The notes below the pieces were generated by a model. It was given only the letters and a program-made list of their open reading frames with translations. It ran no database searches and was not told where the DNA came from. From the NCBI GenBank assembly GCA_965198175.1, contig OZ240245.1:2560001-2624000 (forward strand): DNA of 64,000 nt, read 5' to 3'. Source of the DNA: Candidatus Poribacteria bacterium (GTDB lineage Bacteria; Poribacteria; WGA-4E; PCPOR2b). The stretch's first letter is position 1, and the number at the start of each line of letters is the position of its first letter. A program made the position numbers and the translations under genes. This document shows, in pieces, positions 1-10,664 of this stretch.

Positions 1-279
1 CTCATAGTCACCCCGAGTGACGCGGATGAGACTAACATCGTCTGAGTCATACGGTAAACTATCCTCATAGGGCTGTAGCTCTTCCAGCAACCGTCCAACA
101 CCTGGGTTGATGAACTTCTCGTGTGCAAGGCGGCCAAGTGTAGCAATCTGACGTGCACGAGCAACATCGCCACCAGGCGGCATGTAAGTTGATTGGTCCC
201 AGTGCAGCAACGCAGCAGCAGAATTCAGGTCGTTGATTTCTATAAGGCGGGCTTTGAGTTCTTGTAACTTGACTTCCAA
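1..279 (-). CDS. Carboxypeptidase Taq (M32) family, N-terminal part; runs off the window edge
   Basis: Hand translation from TTG at 279: MEVKLQELKARLIEINDLNSAAALLHWDQSTYMPPGGDVARARQ; the LLxWDQxTxMPxGG motif is typical of M32; GAGGA RBS upstream. Confidence 0.85.
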   Translation of the reverse strand, partial: MEVKLQELKARLIEINDLNSAAALLHWDQSTYMPPGGDVARARQIATLGRLAHEKFINPGVGRLLEELQPYEDSLPYDSDDVSLIRVTRGDYE

Positions 280-394
280 AAGTTTTCTTCCTCGCTAGGA
301 TTGCGAGATTGGGGTTCGCTAGGGAATTAGCTATTTCTCGATTGTGTTTGGTTTCAAGGCCACCTAGATAAGCTCACCACCATTCCATAGATGT

Positions 395-1210
395 TCAACG
401 AATTCGCTCTGGACAACTATAAACAGTCATGTTTTCACCTCGCATAAACCCGATCAACATCATTCCGCTCCCCTTCGCTAGTTCAACAGCTAAGCTTGAC
501 GCCGCTGAAACCGCGACGATTGCTGGTATACGGGCGAACAACGCCTTCTGAACAATCTCGAAACTCGCTCGACCGCTCACCATCAGGATGTGTCTATCTA
601 AAGGGATTTGTTCACTTAACAACGCCTGTCCAATCACCTTGTCTACTGCATTATGTCGCCCGATATCCTCACGTGCAATCTGAAGTTCCCCCTGTGCATT
701 AAACAGACCTGCGGCGTGGAGTCCTCCTGTTAGTGCAAAAACAGTTTGTGCGGATTTTAGTCTATCATTGAGGTTGTACAAAACCGCCTGATCAATCCGC
801 AATGACGATTCAATCGGTGGAATTTCTTGCCAAACCGATTCTATAGTCATTTTGCCACACAATCCGCAACTCGCGTTTGCATGAAAATTGCGTTGCCAGC
901 TCTTTTGTTCCTCAAGTATATTCCCATGTGCAAGATGTATGTTAATGATATTCTCGAAATTCTCCCCAGCCACATCTTCACAGTAAGCCATTGCCCCAAT
1001 ATCATCGGCAGATTGGATCAGCCCCTCTGTGTAGAGGAATCCGGCGCCGAGTTCAAAGTCATGCCCCGGCGTCCGCATCGCAACAATCAAGCTTTGGCTC
1101 CCAACCCGAATTTCGAGGGGTTCCTCTACCACCAAATGATCGTCAACGGGCGTTGATTGAAATTTACACCAACGTGTGACCGGTTCTGTTGTTGTTGGTT
1201 TTTGGGCCAT
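395..1210 (-). CDS. fdhD: Formate dehydrogenase accessory sulfurtransferase
   Basis: EEPLEI, MRTPG, SCGLCG, TGGLHAA, EDIGRHNAVDK, SGRASFEIVQKA motifs; start taken at ATG 1210. Confidence 0.95.
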   Translation of the reverse strand: MAQKPTTTEPVTRWCKFQSTPVDDHLVVEEPLEIRVGSQSLIVAMRTPGHDFELGAGFLYTEGLIQSADDIGAMAYCEDVAGENFENIINIHLAHGNILEEQKSWQRNFHANASCGLCGKMTIESVWQEIPPIESSLRIDQAVLYNLNDRLKSAQTVFALTGGLHAAGLFNAQGELQIAREDIGRHNAVDKVIGQALLSEQIPLDRHILMVSGRASFEIVQKALFARIPAIVAVSAASSLAVELAKGSGMMLIGFMRGENMTVYSCPERIR

Positions 1211-1446
1211 GGATAAAACAGATGTCGAACAGGACAGATTCAAAATGGAGAAAATTGGATGATTGGTTTTCGGTATCTATTTACATATATCTATCTTCAT
1301 TGAGGGGCAGATTTGTGGTCGCAAGTTGAAAACACGGGAGGAGAACCAAACTATGAGACACACTTCACACTTTACTCGTAGCTTAGATATTTTAGCATAA
1401 CATCAGATGCTCCGTCAACTATCTATTTGCACGTCTTGAAATGGGC

Positions 1447-1475
1447 TTGACAGATACTTCCTCGCTTAATATAAT
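1447..1475 (+). promoter_or_regulatory. Sigma70 promoter of lpdA
   Basis: Perfect TTGACA-N17-TATAAT. Confidence 0.85.
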
Positions 1476-1521
1476 TACCGATGTACGTTCTGTTATTTTT
1501 CTCGGCAAATGGGAGGGGACG

Positions 1522-2907
1522 ATGTCTGCGTATGATGTTGCTATCATCGGTGGCGGTCCTGGGGGCTATGTCGCAGCAATTAAAGCAGCCCAGTTGGGAG
1601 GCAAAGTTTGTCTGATTGAGAAGGGGGAGTTTGGAGGCACTTGCTTAAATCGAGGATGTATTCCAACCAAGACGTTATTTGCGGTTGCGAACTTCGCAAC
1701 ACAGGTTCGAGGCGCTGCGGGATTTGGTCTTAAGATTCACGGCGCGGAGGTCGATTATCCGCAGGTGGTAGCACACAAAAACGCTACAGTCAAGCAGTTG
1801 GCGGGAGGCATCGCAAAATTACTAAAAGGCAACGAAGTTCATACAATCAATGGAATAGGGATGCTTACCGGCAGGAATACAATCGAAGTAACAAGGTCGA
1901 ACGGAACACAGGTGGGGATCTCGGCACAGCGGATTATCATTGCCACAGGTTCCGAACCAGCAAACATCCCAGTGTTTGATATTGACGAGCGACAAGTGTT
2001 AACAACTACGGGAGGACTTGAATTAGCCGAGCTTCCCTCCAGTATGATAATTGTTGGCGGTGGTGTTTCCGGCTGTGAGTTCGCTTCAATTTTCAATGGG
2101 CTAGGCTGTCAAGTGACTATCCTTGAGCTATTGCCAACAATTCTTGCAACCGAAGATAGACAGGTTGTACGACAGCTTCGCGTTTTCATGAAGCGGAAAG
2201 GTATCGAAATTCAGACAGAAGCTAATGTGACGGGAGTGGAAAAGTGTGAATCTGGAGTAACAGCAACGCTAGAGTCGGGCGAGCATATCAATGCGGGAAA
2301 AATGTTGATTTCAATTGGCAGAAAACTGAACTCGGAAGGAATCGGATTAAAAACGGTGGGAATTCGTTCGAGTGCGGAGGGCAAAATTATTGTTAACGAT
2401 CAGATGGAAACCAATGTGCCGGGCATCTACGCAGTCGGCGATGTTGCAAGCCGCTATCTTTTAGCGCACGTCGCATCGGCGGAAGGAATCGTTGCAGCAC
2501 AGAATTGCATGGGTGGGAGTGCCAGGATGGATTACAGCACTGTACCGTGGTGCGTTTTCACCATCCCTGAACTTGCCAGAGTCGGTATGACGGAGGAGGA
2601 AGCAATGAATGAAGGTTACAGCATTAAAGTCGGAAAATTTCCTTTTGCGGCAAGCGGCAAAGCACTAGGTATGCGCGAAACGGAAGGATTCGTCAAAATC
2701 ATCGCAGATTCGGAATCCGGGGATATTCTCGGGGTACATATACTTGGGGCACATGCTTCGGACCTCATCCATGAAGCGGTTGTTGCAATCCGTCTAGGCG
2801 CATCTGTCGCTGATCTCGCTCACACAATTCACGCCCATCCGACCCTCGCCGAAGCTGTTATGGAATCAGCTGAAGCTGCCTACAATCGCGCAATTCACAT
2901 ATTGTAG
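1522..2907 (+). CDS. lpdA: Dihydrolipoyl dehydrogenase
   Basis: GGGPGG, GGTCLNRGCIPTK redox disulfide, C-terminal HAHPTLAE; start at 1522 after GGGAGG RBS and downstream of the promoter. Confidence 0.96.
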   Translation: MSAYDVAIIGGGPGGYVAAIKAAQLGGKVCLIEKGEFGGTCLNRGCIPTKTLFAVANFATQVRGAAGFGLKIHGAEVDYPQVVAHKNATVKQLAGGIAKLLKGNEVHTINGIGMLTGRNTIEVTRSNGTQVGISAQRIIIATGSEPANIPVFDIDERQVLTTTGGLELAELPSSMIIVGGGVSGCEFASIFNGLGCQVTILELLPTILATEDRQVVRQLRVFMKRKGIEIQTEANVTGVEKCESGVTATLESGEHINAGKMLISIGRKLNSEGIGLKTVGIRSSAEGKIIVNDQMETNVPGIYAVGDVASRYLLAHVASAEGIVAAQNCMGGSARMDYSTVPWCVFTIPELARVGMTEEEAMNEGYSIKVGKFPFAASGKALGMRETEGFVKIIADSESGDILGVHILGAHASDLIHEAVVAIRLGASVADLAHTIHAHPTLAEAVMESAEAAYNRAIHIL

Positions 2908-3015
2908 ATGACGAAATTCAAGCGACAAAAGATCGAGTCTGCTATGGTCGCTTCACAATTTCGACATTCTACCAAAATGAGGTCACAAACAGAGTCATCT
3001 TTCGAATCAATTGCG

Positions 3016-3423
3016 ATGGAAATTGTCAGAGCAGAACTTACAGATGCCAAAGTAATTGCTGAACTGAACAGATGCCTTATTAAGGACGAACAACACCCAA
3101 ATTCGATGGACATAAATCAGCTTACTGAACGCATGAAAAAATGGTTAGGGAACGAATACGTTTGCTATTTAGCAAAAGAGAATGGAAGCATTATCGCGTA
3201 CTGCCTATATAGACATGAAGGCAAATACTTCTATATGAGGCAATTATACGTAGCAAGAAAACATCGATGAAAAGGAATCGCTACTAGGTTGCTCAATTGG
3301 TTGTACGAGAACGCGTGGACGGATAAAAAAGTCAGATTGGACGTATTAGCCCATAACGAGGACGCTGTTGCATTCTACAAGAGGTATGGCTTTAGAGTCG
3401 GCGTTTTAAGAATGGAAAAATAA
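3016..3423 (+). pseudogene. GNAT acetyltransferase interrupted by an in-frame TGA (3268-3270)
   Basis: Frame continues past the stop: ...QLYVARKHR*KGIATRLL...VLAHNEDAVAFYKRYGF...EK* (GNAT motifs A and B). Confidence 0.8.
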
Positions 3424-3566
3424 AGAGTGTATGACCAGTACTTGTGCCATTGCTGAGCGACTATATTTGTAAGCCGTGTCGAAAAAAGGGGTTATTTCAG
3501 TTCCAAACAGAAATTAGGACCGTCCTCAGGAATTAATCATCTAAGTGCGGAAAGGACCCATAACAA

Positions 3567-4256
3567 TTGAAAAAAAGGGCTGTAGTTCTTTTGAGTGGTG
3601 GGGTTGATTCAACAACAACCCTTGCCATTGCTCAATCCCAAGGTTACGAAGCGTATGCTATGAGTTTTCGCTACGGTCAACGACATGTCCTTGAACTTGA
3701 TCGAGCGCGGCAAATCGCGGTAAAGATGAAAGTAAAAAAACACATCATTGTAAATATCGATCTACGGGCATTTGGCGGTTCCGCCTTAACAGATGATATT
3801 GATGTGCCCAAAAATCGATCCGGAGGGGAAATTGGGACAGGCATCCCAATTACCTACGTTCCCGGCAGGAATACGATATTTCTGTCTTTTGCAATGGCAT
3901 GGGCAGAGACATTAGAAATTGATACAATTTTCATTGGCGTCAATGCCCTTGACTACTCTGGATACCCGGATTGCCGGTCGGAATACATTGAGGCTTATCA
4001 GCGAATGGCAAACATGGCAACAAAGGCTGGGGTTGAAGGCAAAACACAGCTAAAGATTCGCACCCCCTTAATCTCAATGACCAAAGCGGAAATCATACAA
4101 AAGGGAGCTGAACTTGGCGTTGATTACGGATTAACCCTTAGTTGCTACGAACCAGATGATTTAGGCAGGGCATGTGGTTTGTGTGACAGTTGCTTATTAA
4201 GGAAGAAGGGATTTGCTGAAGCAGGGGTGGCTGATGCAACGGTATATTTGCCGTAA
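3567..4256 (+). CDS. queC: 7-cyano-7-deazaguanine synthase
   Basis: [41 protein letters not shown]. Confidence 0.97.
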   Translation: MKKRAVVLLSGGVDSTTTLAIAQSQGYEAYAMSFRYGQRHVLELDRARQIAVKMKVKKHIIVNIDLRAFGGSALTDDIDVPKNRSGGEIGTGIPITYVPGRNTIFLSFAMAWAETLEIDTIFIGVNALDYSGYPDCRSEYIEAYQRMANMATKAGVEGKTQLKIRTPLISMTKAEIIQKGAELGVDYGLTLSCYEPDDLGRACGLCDSCLLRKKGFAEAGVADATVYLP

Positions 4257-4399
4257 TCCAATTAGGGATAGATTGCGGTTATTCTTCTTCAACGAATACT
4301 ATTTGTACAGTAGGGCGTCACAACAGAACCAATAATATCTCCTGTCACTTCCATCGCCCTATCCTCTGTTACCGGCGTACCTGTTTCAAATAGTGCGCA

Positions 4400-5887
4400 T
4401 TACCGGATATTACTTTTGGCGATGTATGCTCTCAAACGTGCCATTGCTCGACCACTCTCGATTGCTTCCTTGGTTTGCTCAATCGCTTCATGAGGGTCTG
4501 GGCAAAGCCCTAACAAATAATTCTGTATCGCGGTATTGAGCAAAATTCGATCGTACACATGTCCTTTCTGACCGGATAAAGCCGCTACCCCTGCTTCTGC
4601 AAACGCGTCAGGGCTCACTGATTCCAATCTCGGGTTTTTTTTGTAATAGAATCCAAATGCTTCCGGATTTATGTCTAGTGCAAAGCCTTCCCTGTACCCA
4701 GCCATACGTTGAAAGCCTTGGGTATAATTAATCGCCTTACGGTCTGCTACAGAAGGTTTCCCAAGACGCAGCGCGTAATGGCTTGTTCCTTCCTCTCCCT
4801 TTGCCACCAGTCCTGACCGAAACCCGCGTTCCCACATCAGCTGAAGCAGAGGTTCCTCGTAACCAGGATGGTAATAGCCAATGACCATGTGGTTTGAGCT
4901 AGCAGAAAATAACTGTTGGGCTTTTTCGGTCGCTGCCCAGGGCGGTCGTTTTTTGATATGCATCCGCAATTCACGAATCGCGTAAGCTCCGGGCGAATAT
5001 TCCCTCTGACTCACATAAGCAAACCCGACTTCTGGATCTTCAATTAAAGTTGCAGCTGCCTCAAGCGGGAGATTTGTACGTGCCCCGAGCATCTTCAGAA
5101 TTTGCTCTTCTGTTATCCCGATTTTCGGGGGCATTTCATCAACGCCATGGAGAACCGATGCCTCTCCCAGTGCGGCTCGCACAGCTGCAATAAACACGGT
5201 TGGTCTAAAATACCGCGTCGAACCATCATACGGCTCACCAAAATGTGTCAACGAATTGACAGAGACATTAAGGATTTGCTCAGGAGCGAAGACCGAATCC
5301 AAATAGCCGCGCACCTCGTCAAAGGTCTCACGGTTCATGCGCTGACCGATAAGGGCTGCACCTTTTAAAGCTGCCTTCACTTGCCCGTTCAAAATCGCTT
5401 CTCCCATCGACCGCGTTTCATCTGAGGTCAAATGTTCCCCCCTCAAGATTTTTTCAAGGGCTTTGACAACGATTTCCTCTTGAGGATTAGCAACTTCATA
5501 TCCGAGATCGGGATCCATGATAAACTTTATGTCGGACGGCATACACGAGTCGAGTTCTGTCCGGAATTTTTCAAACGTTGTGACCTCTGCTGCACTCCAC
5601 TGGGTCTCCTTTGGAAAGTGGTTCCGGATTGTCATCGCGGCAAAAAAGGCGCCCATTTGGGCTTCTGAAACCATCCAATCCGGAGAAAGCTCTCCTTTTA
5701 CCGATTTCAAAATTGTACCAAGAATCGATCCCGGCTGAATTGAATCCGATACACTTATCCCCAAAGGCCTCGTCTGGTGGGGGCCGGTGCAAACACGCGC
5801 CTGCGCCTCTAAAACATCCTTGTTAGGTCCTGGGTACTGTCTCTCATACACGTTTTTCTCTCCACTCGTCTCGGATAGAGCATTCAC
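4400..5887 (-). CDS. Anthranilate phosphoribosyltransferase-like (glycosyltransferase family 3 / YbiB-like) protein
   Basis: AQMGAFF helical N-domain, GEPYDG, HGVDEMPPK, KGEEG, A...IESGRA C-terminus. Confidence 0.7.
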   Translation of the reverse strand: MNALSETSGEKNVYERQYPGPNKDVLEAQARVCTGPHQTRPLGISVSDSIQPGSILGTILKSVKGELSPDWMVSEAQMGAFFAAMTIRNHFPKETQWSAAEVTTFEKFRTELDSCMPSDIKFIMDPDLGYEVANPQEEIVVKALEKILRGEHLTSDETRSMGEAILNGQVKAALKGAALIGQRMNRETFDEVRGYLDSVFAPEQILNVSVNSLTHFGEPYDGSTRYFRPTVFIAAVRAALGEASVLHGVDEMPPKIGITEEQILKMLGARTNLPLEAAATLIEDPEVGFAYVSQREYSPGAYAIRELRMHIKKRPPWAATEKAQQLFSASSNHMVIGYYHPGYEEPLLQLMWERGFRSGLVAKGEEGTSHYALRLGKPSVADRKAINYTQGFQRMAGYREGFALDINPEAFGFYYKKNPRLESVSPDAFAEAGVAALSGQKGHVYDRILLNTAIQNYLLGLCPDPHEAIEQTKEAIESGRAMARLRAYIAKSNIR

Positions 5888-6048
5888 TACACATTATACC
5901 GATTATTCCCAGTAATTCACAAAATTTATTTGCAAAGTTGTTGACCTAATTGCTATGCTTTCAAGCATCACGATGCATCAATTTGATAATCTCAATTTGT
6001 AAAATCCATTGTGGATTTTAAGCGATGACAATGAGTCTGAGCGCCCGG

Positions 6049-6084
6049 AAAACAAAAACCCTACACTATCGATTTGGCGTAGGG
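6049..6084 (-). terminator. Rho-independent terminator after the 6118-9245 operon
   Basis: Minus strand CCCTACGC-loop-GTGTAGGG followed by TTTTTGTTTT. Confidence 0.65.
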
Positions 6085-6117
6085 CTATTTATCACAAGTA
6101 ACGGATTCGACTGCAAT

Positions 6118-7113
6118 TTAAAACAAGAGATCGTCACCAGTCTCTGGGGTTTCTGGGGCAATAATGGCTTCTTTTTTTCCACCAATTGTCAGATAGAATT
6201 GGAATCCCGGTTCACTCACAAAACCGACATAAATAGCAGCCGTGTTAGAGAGTTGATAGCGAAACCCGAGGCTGAGCAGGTTGGTGATTGTGACGCCGCT
6301 GAGTGGTAACGCCCGCGAAAAGTCGCCAACCAACCAAAGATTTTCGGAAAATGCCAACTCGCCGCCAAATTGCCAAATCAACGTAAACGAATCCGTCGTC
6401 TTCAGAGATTTAGAGGAAAGATATGTTCCCAAGGCGCCATGTGCGCTGAGATACTCATTGAACTTCTGTGTGCCAACCAAATAGGTGTTGATTCCAACAA
6501 ACGGAAAACTATCACCGGGGGTACGATCGATAAACTCATTGTCAGAGTTAAGCCTATTGTCCGCGGTATATCCAATCTGCACGTCTCCGCCCACCGATAG
6601 GCTTGGCAGCCCATCATAGACGTCGGGCTTGATGTTATACTTGAGTCCAATGACCGTGTCGAACAGCGCTTGATTGTAGACTCGTCTGTCTGTTGTTGGG
6701 TCAAGCGGCAATTCCTCTTTATCCGTATCGTCGATTCGATAAAAATCAGGAATAATCTTGCGGACTCCACCGGTGGAGAAGGTACCGCCTAAGGTCAGAT
6801 CCACTTTATCACTGAGACCAAAGGTAAATCGTATCGGCACCAAAAAGGTCTCAATCTCCAATTCAACAAGATGAAACTCTTCAAAGTTTCCAATAATCAC
6901 GCGTTGTCTATTTTCCGGGATTCGCCTTTCTTTTTCGAATTGAAACAGCCCAATGTTTGTCGTGTAACCTCCCTTACCGAGAGTCTCAGCGGTTTGCATC
7001 ACACCAAGCTGGGGTACTGGTGAGGCTTGTCCAAAAGTAGAGGTTATCATTCCGACGACAACAGCGGAAAGAATCAAAAGAAGCCGTCCTCGCATTAATT
7101 GAAAAATCTGCAT
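6118..7113 (-). CDS. Secreted protein, probable outer-membrane beta-barrel
   Basis: Signal peptide; alternating amphipathic strands with aromatic girdle pattern (LSLGFRYQL, FQFYLTIG). Confidence 0.6.
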   Translation of the reverse strand: MQIFQLMRGRLLLILSAVVVGMITSTFGQASPVPQLGVMQTAETLGKGGYTTNIGLFQFEKERRIPENRQRVIIGNFEEFHLVELEIETFLVPIRFTFGLSDKVDLTLGGTFSTGGVRKIIPDFYRIDDTDKEELPLDPTTDRRVYNQALFDTVIGLKYNIKPDVYDGLPSLSVGGDVQIGYTADNRLNSDNEFIDRTPGDSFPFVGINTYLVGTQKFNEYLSAHGALGTYLSSKSLKTTDSFTLIWQFGGELAFSENLWLVGDFSRALPLSGVTITNLLSLGFRYQLSNTAAIYVGFVSEPGFQFYLTIGGKKEAIIAPETPETGDDLLF

Positions 7114-7225
7114 GAATCTCCTTCATACGCATGTATGTTTTTTAATGGCTCCAACGCTGTGAGCGGGTGCAATTCATCATCGCATTGGTTCAATTGAGGC
7201 AGGCGCGTTGAAGAATCGGCTGCCA

Positions 7226-8380
7226 TCAACGTAAAGGCACTTCAACCCGCACGCTTTCATCCAGACTGCCATCGGGCCTCGGCGTATCATCAAATGCTGT
7301 AATAAAATATCGACGGGGAAGAAGCTGCTGATCAGCAAGTAGCAACGGCTCACCAGCATATGTCACACTCGTCTCCTTGGGTCTAGCTGTCCCTCGGCGA
7401 ACCAGATCGTCCCCTTCAACGAGCTGCCCGCCAACTTTTGTTGTAGCGTAGATTTGATACCCGGCGAGGTCGCGTTCGGAGTTTGGTGTCCAAGAAATTC
7501 TAACATCGATTCTAGGGGCACCAAATCGTGGTATAGATGTCGCTCGGACGTTCTGCGGTGGAGCCGGTGGCAACTGGGGCGAAGTCCCATTGATTCTCGT
7601 CTCTGCTTCAACGCCGAATCGATCCACAGCAATGACGCGGTAGACTTTGGTAACCCCGTCGTGGTCGAAGCTTGCATCGAAGAAGAAAATGGGCTCATTT
7701 CCAAAGCGCTGGCTATCTGTGAGTTCGTTAAACGTGATTTCTCCAAGCAGCTTGAATCGTGGGAGGTCACCACTCAAGGAGGCCGTGGTCGCAAGTACAC
7801 GGAAGGTTTCAAAATCTTCGGGGAATTGATAATCTTGCCAAAACAGTTTTACAGTCAAATCCTCCAGTTGATCGCCAATAAGGACATTTGGAGCAGGAGG
7901 CGAGATACTTGGTGTGACACGCGCTGTTGGCCAAATCCGCAGTGGGGATTTGTTATCATCCGGCGGGGCATTTGGGTCGGGAGTTTCCACCCCATTTTTG
8001 TCGACATACGAGATTCGATAGACGTAGTAAAGCTGTCTACCTCGATCGAAATCAAACGCATCGTTAGAGAGACCTCCATCAACAAATTCCGTTTTCGGTG
8101 CATCGACTTCCCCAACAAGTTCAAACGCGGCGCCCGAATTGCCGGTAAACCGCCGATAAATCCGATACTTGATAATCCCTCCAAAGTCGTAATCCTGCCA
8201 CGAGACCGTCACCTGTTCATCGCCAGCGGCAAGCTCTAAACCAGGAGGTGAACCCGCTGTGCGCAGGTTCTCTGGATCAAACGGGTTGGCAAAATCTCTA
8301 TCGTTCGTACAGCCACCCCACAACAGTGCAAGACTAAGCACGGCAACTAATATCAAGGACCGGCTCTGGAGAGGTGTCAT
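7226..8380 (-). CDS. Lipoprotein with fibronectin type III-like domains
   Basis: Lipobox LWGGC, NPFDP motif, VTVSW...YRIYRR and PPAPPQNVRA...ISWTPN...LAGYQIY. Confidence 0.75.
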   Translation of the reverse strand: MTPLQSRSLILVAVLSLALLWGGCTNDRDFANPFDPENLRTAGSPPGLELAAGDEQVTVSWQDYDFGGIIKYRIYRRFTGNSGAAFELVGEVDAPKTEFVDGGLSNDAFDFDRGRQLYYVYRISYVDKNGVETPDPNAPPDDNKSPLRIWPTARVTPSISPPAPNVLIGDQLEDLTVKLFWQDYQFPEDFETFRVLATTASLSGDLPRFKLLGEITFNELTDSQRFGNEPIFFFDASFDHDGVTKVYRVIAVDRFGVEAETRINGTSPQLPPAPPQNVRATSIPRFGAPRIDVRISWTPNSERDLAGYQIYATTKVGGQLVEGDDLVRRGTARPKETSVTYAGEPLLLADQQLLPRRYFITAFDDTPRPDGSLDESVRVEVPLR

Positions 8381-8394
8381 GGTGTGATTTCCCT

Positions 8395-8838
8395 TCAAAA
8401 TCGGCGTTGAAGTAAAAGCTTAGCTTCCTGCGTGTGCAAGCTGTAGCTCGGTGTAAGTCGGAGGGAAGTCGACGATGTGCGAGATGACTTAGAAATCAAA
8501 TTCAAGTTATCGAAGATTGAAATCAATGCCGCTAATCCAACAAATCCAATTCCTATCCGAGACATTGTCACACTAAAATCATGCTTGCTTGTATAGTCTA
8601 CTCGATGTTTAGCGATGTCGCCCTGACTTGCTGAATTTAGGTATTGGTCGTAGGAATCTTGAGCGGATTTTTCGACAAATACGCTTCCAAATTTCAATCC
8701 CATACCAGAAGCCAACAGGGTAATTGTAAGCACGCGCGTACCATCCACAGCTTGTAAGGGTGAAGTTGCAATTGCAAAATTCAATATGCAGCAAGCAATA
8801 ACTAAGATTGCTAACTTCTTATTATCATATAGATTCAT
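8395..8838 (-). CDS. Hypothetical exported/membrane protein
   Basis: Signal-like N-terminus, hydrophobic segments; overlaps the VanZ stop, suggesting translational coupling. Confidence 0.6.
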   Translation of the reverse strand: MNLYDNKKLAILVIACCILNFAIATSPLQAVDGTRVLTITLLASGMGLKFGSVFVEKSAQDSYDQYLNSASQGDIAKHRVDYTSKHDFSVTMSRIGIGFVGLAALISIFDNLNLISKSSRTSSTSLRLTPSYSLHTQEAKLLLQRRF

Positions 8839-9245
8839 CTAGAATCCTCCACCGATAGACTTTGTGCCTTAAACGATGCTTTTGATAATCGAGACCAGAG
8901 GTACATCGAAACCACACCCAGGAAACCGCCTAGGCAGTCGGCTGTCCAATCCAGAATGCTAACAAATCTTCCAGGAACAAAAGACTGATGCCATTCATCG
9001 CTTGCCGCATAAAGGATAACGAATAGGAAAGAGAAAATCCAAGGAGCGTGACGAAAAATGTGGGATGAAGCATTCACGAATGCGTGTGTAACTAAAAAAC
9101 CGAGGACAGTGTACTCTAGAAGGTGATATAATTTATCAATGAGATGCCAATCTAAATCGGGTATAGGCGGTTTAGATTGTGAAGAAATATAAAAAATCAG
9201 TGTCATGCAGCATAATGGTGGCAACCAGTATTTTAGAATTCGCAG
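8835..9245 (-). CDS. VanZ family membrane protein (start uncertain, CTG 9245 or TTG 9224)
   Basis: DKLYHLLEY, YAASDEWHQSFVPGR, DWTAD. Confidence 0.85.
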   Translation of the reverse strand: MRILKYWLPPLCCMTLIFYISSQSKPPIPDLDWHLIDKLYHLLEYTVLGFLVTHAFVNASSHIFRHAPWIFSFLFVILYAASDEWHQSFVPGRFVSILDWTADCLGGFLGVVSMYLWSRLSKASFKAQSLSVEDSR

Positions 9246-9474
9246 GATAAAATCCCCTCCAATGAATCGAGTCTCCTGTTAAGGAACAATGTTTAGAAAC
9301 CAATTATAACCTAATCTGATTTTTCGTTGCAAGTTTTTTTGAGCTGTGGAAAACGATAGTTCACGATCTCTTGGATGAAATGTATCGAAACTCACAGAAA
9401 TCATCTACATAGATTGACATTTTAGAATCACTCATGTTAAGAAATCACTCAACAGTATGGCAGGAGGTATGACA

Positions 9475-10131
9475 ATGCGTTTTCACCGTTTATTTTTGCT
9501 ATGTCTGTTTGTAACTGGACTATCAATCCATGGCTGCGGCGATAGCCCATTTATGGGGAAAAAAGAAGATTTCACCGAAGAGCCAATCACTGTGGGAGAC
9601 AATGTAACAATTATGGGAAGCGTGTTGCCAGCCGGGATAACGCCATTAATTGTTGTGCTGAGAAATGGGATAGACTTCAAGAACACCGTCGCCGACGAAC
9701 AAGGGTATTATAGCATACCCAACCTTCCGGCCGGAGAATACAGTGTACAGGTTATCGCGACCGGCTTTTTTACAGACATTTCGATAAACCATTTGGAGCT
9801 GAAGGCAGGAGAAACACATGAGGCAGAGCCGGTGATTCTTATTGCGCGATCGGAATCGGCAACGTTGCTTGGACAAGTTGTCAATAAAGCGGACAACACA
9901 CCTATATCAGATGCTAAGGTTCAAGTTGAGTGTTCAACAGGGGTCTGCGCTCTTTTGAGCACCGTATCGGACCGAACAGGAAAATTCTCAATACAGATCT
10001 GGTCCGGCTTAAGTTCAAATATCAATGTGCGGAAACTCGGCTATCGAATATTGCCAATTCGAGTGAAAGCCTTGAAACCCAATGAGAAACGTGATTTGGG
10101 CAAAATCAAAATGGAGCGCTTGGAACAATGA
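9475..10131 (+). CDS. Lipoprotein with two carboxypeptidase-regulatory-like domains
   Basis: Lipobox IHGC; ADEQGYYSIPNLPAGEYSVQV and GQVV...PISDAKV...SDRTGKF; AGGAGG RBS. Confidence 0.75.
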   Translation: MRFHRLFLLCLFVTGLSIHGCGDSPFMGKKEDFTEEPITVGDNVTIMGSVLPAGITPLIVVLRNGIDFKNTVADEQGYYSIPNLPAGEYSVQVIATGFFTDISINHLELKAGETHEAEPVILIARSESATLLGQVVNKADNTPISDAKVQVECSTGVCALLSTVSDRTGKFSIQIWSGLSSNINVRKLGYRILPIRVKALKPNEKRDLGKIKMERLEQ

Positions 10132-10310
10132 GAAAAGTCGTCCTCCTTCTACAATTCTGCTCGCCGTTGGCTCCTCGGAAGCTCATCGAGTCAGATTTTG
10201 CCGAAAGCCGTTGAACACAGCCATAGGGAACATACAAGTACAAACTTCCCTGCTGCTCATAAAGATACTCGCCTATTTTCTGACGATTTCTTGTTGTGGC
10301 GGTTGTCTAG

Positions 10311-10664
10311 TCACTTTCTCCGCCAAATGATGCGACCTCGTGTCAAATCGTACGGCGAAAGCTCAACACTCACCTTGTCGCCCGGTAGAATCCTGATGTA
10401 GTTCTTCCTCAACTTTCCAGCGATGTGAGCCAGGACAAGGTGCTTGTTATCCAACTCGACACGAAACATGGCATTCGGCAGAGTTTCCAAGACCGTACCT
10501 TCCACCTGGATTGCGTTGTCCTTCGCTTTCACGTCGGACCTAACTGGATCCTCAGATGTATTGTCGTTCTTGGACTGCATATTTCCTTGTTGGTTCTTCT
10601 GCTTCTGTTTCTTTCTGAACCCGTATTGTGCAGCACGTCTTTTGACGGGTTTTTTTTTCTTCAC
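10311..10664 (-). CDS. infA: Translation initiation factor IF-1 with a basic N-terminal extension
   Basis: [22 protein letters not shown]...[27 protein letters not shown] start after AAGGAG. Confidence 0.92.
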   Translation of the reverse strand: MKKKKPVKRRAAQYGFRKKQKQKNQQGNMQSKNDNTSEDPVRSDVKAKDNAIQVEGTVLETLPNAMFRVELDNKHLVLAHIAGKLRKNYIRILPGDKVSVELSPYDLTRGRIIWRRK

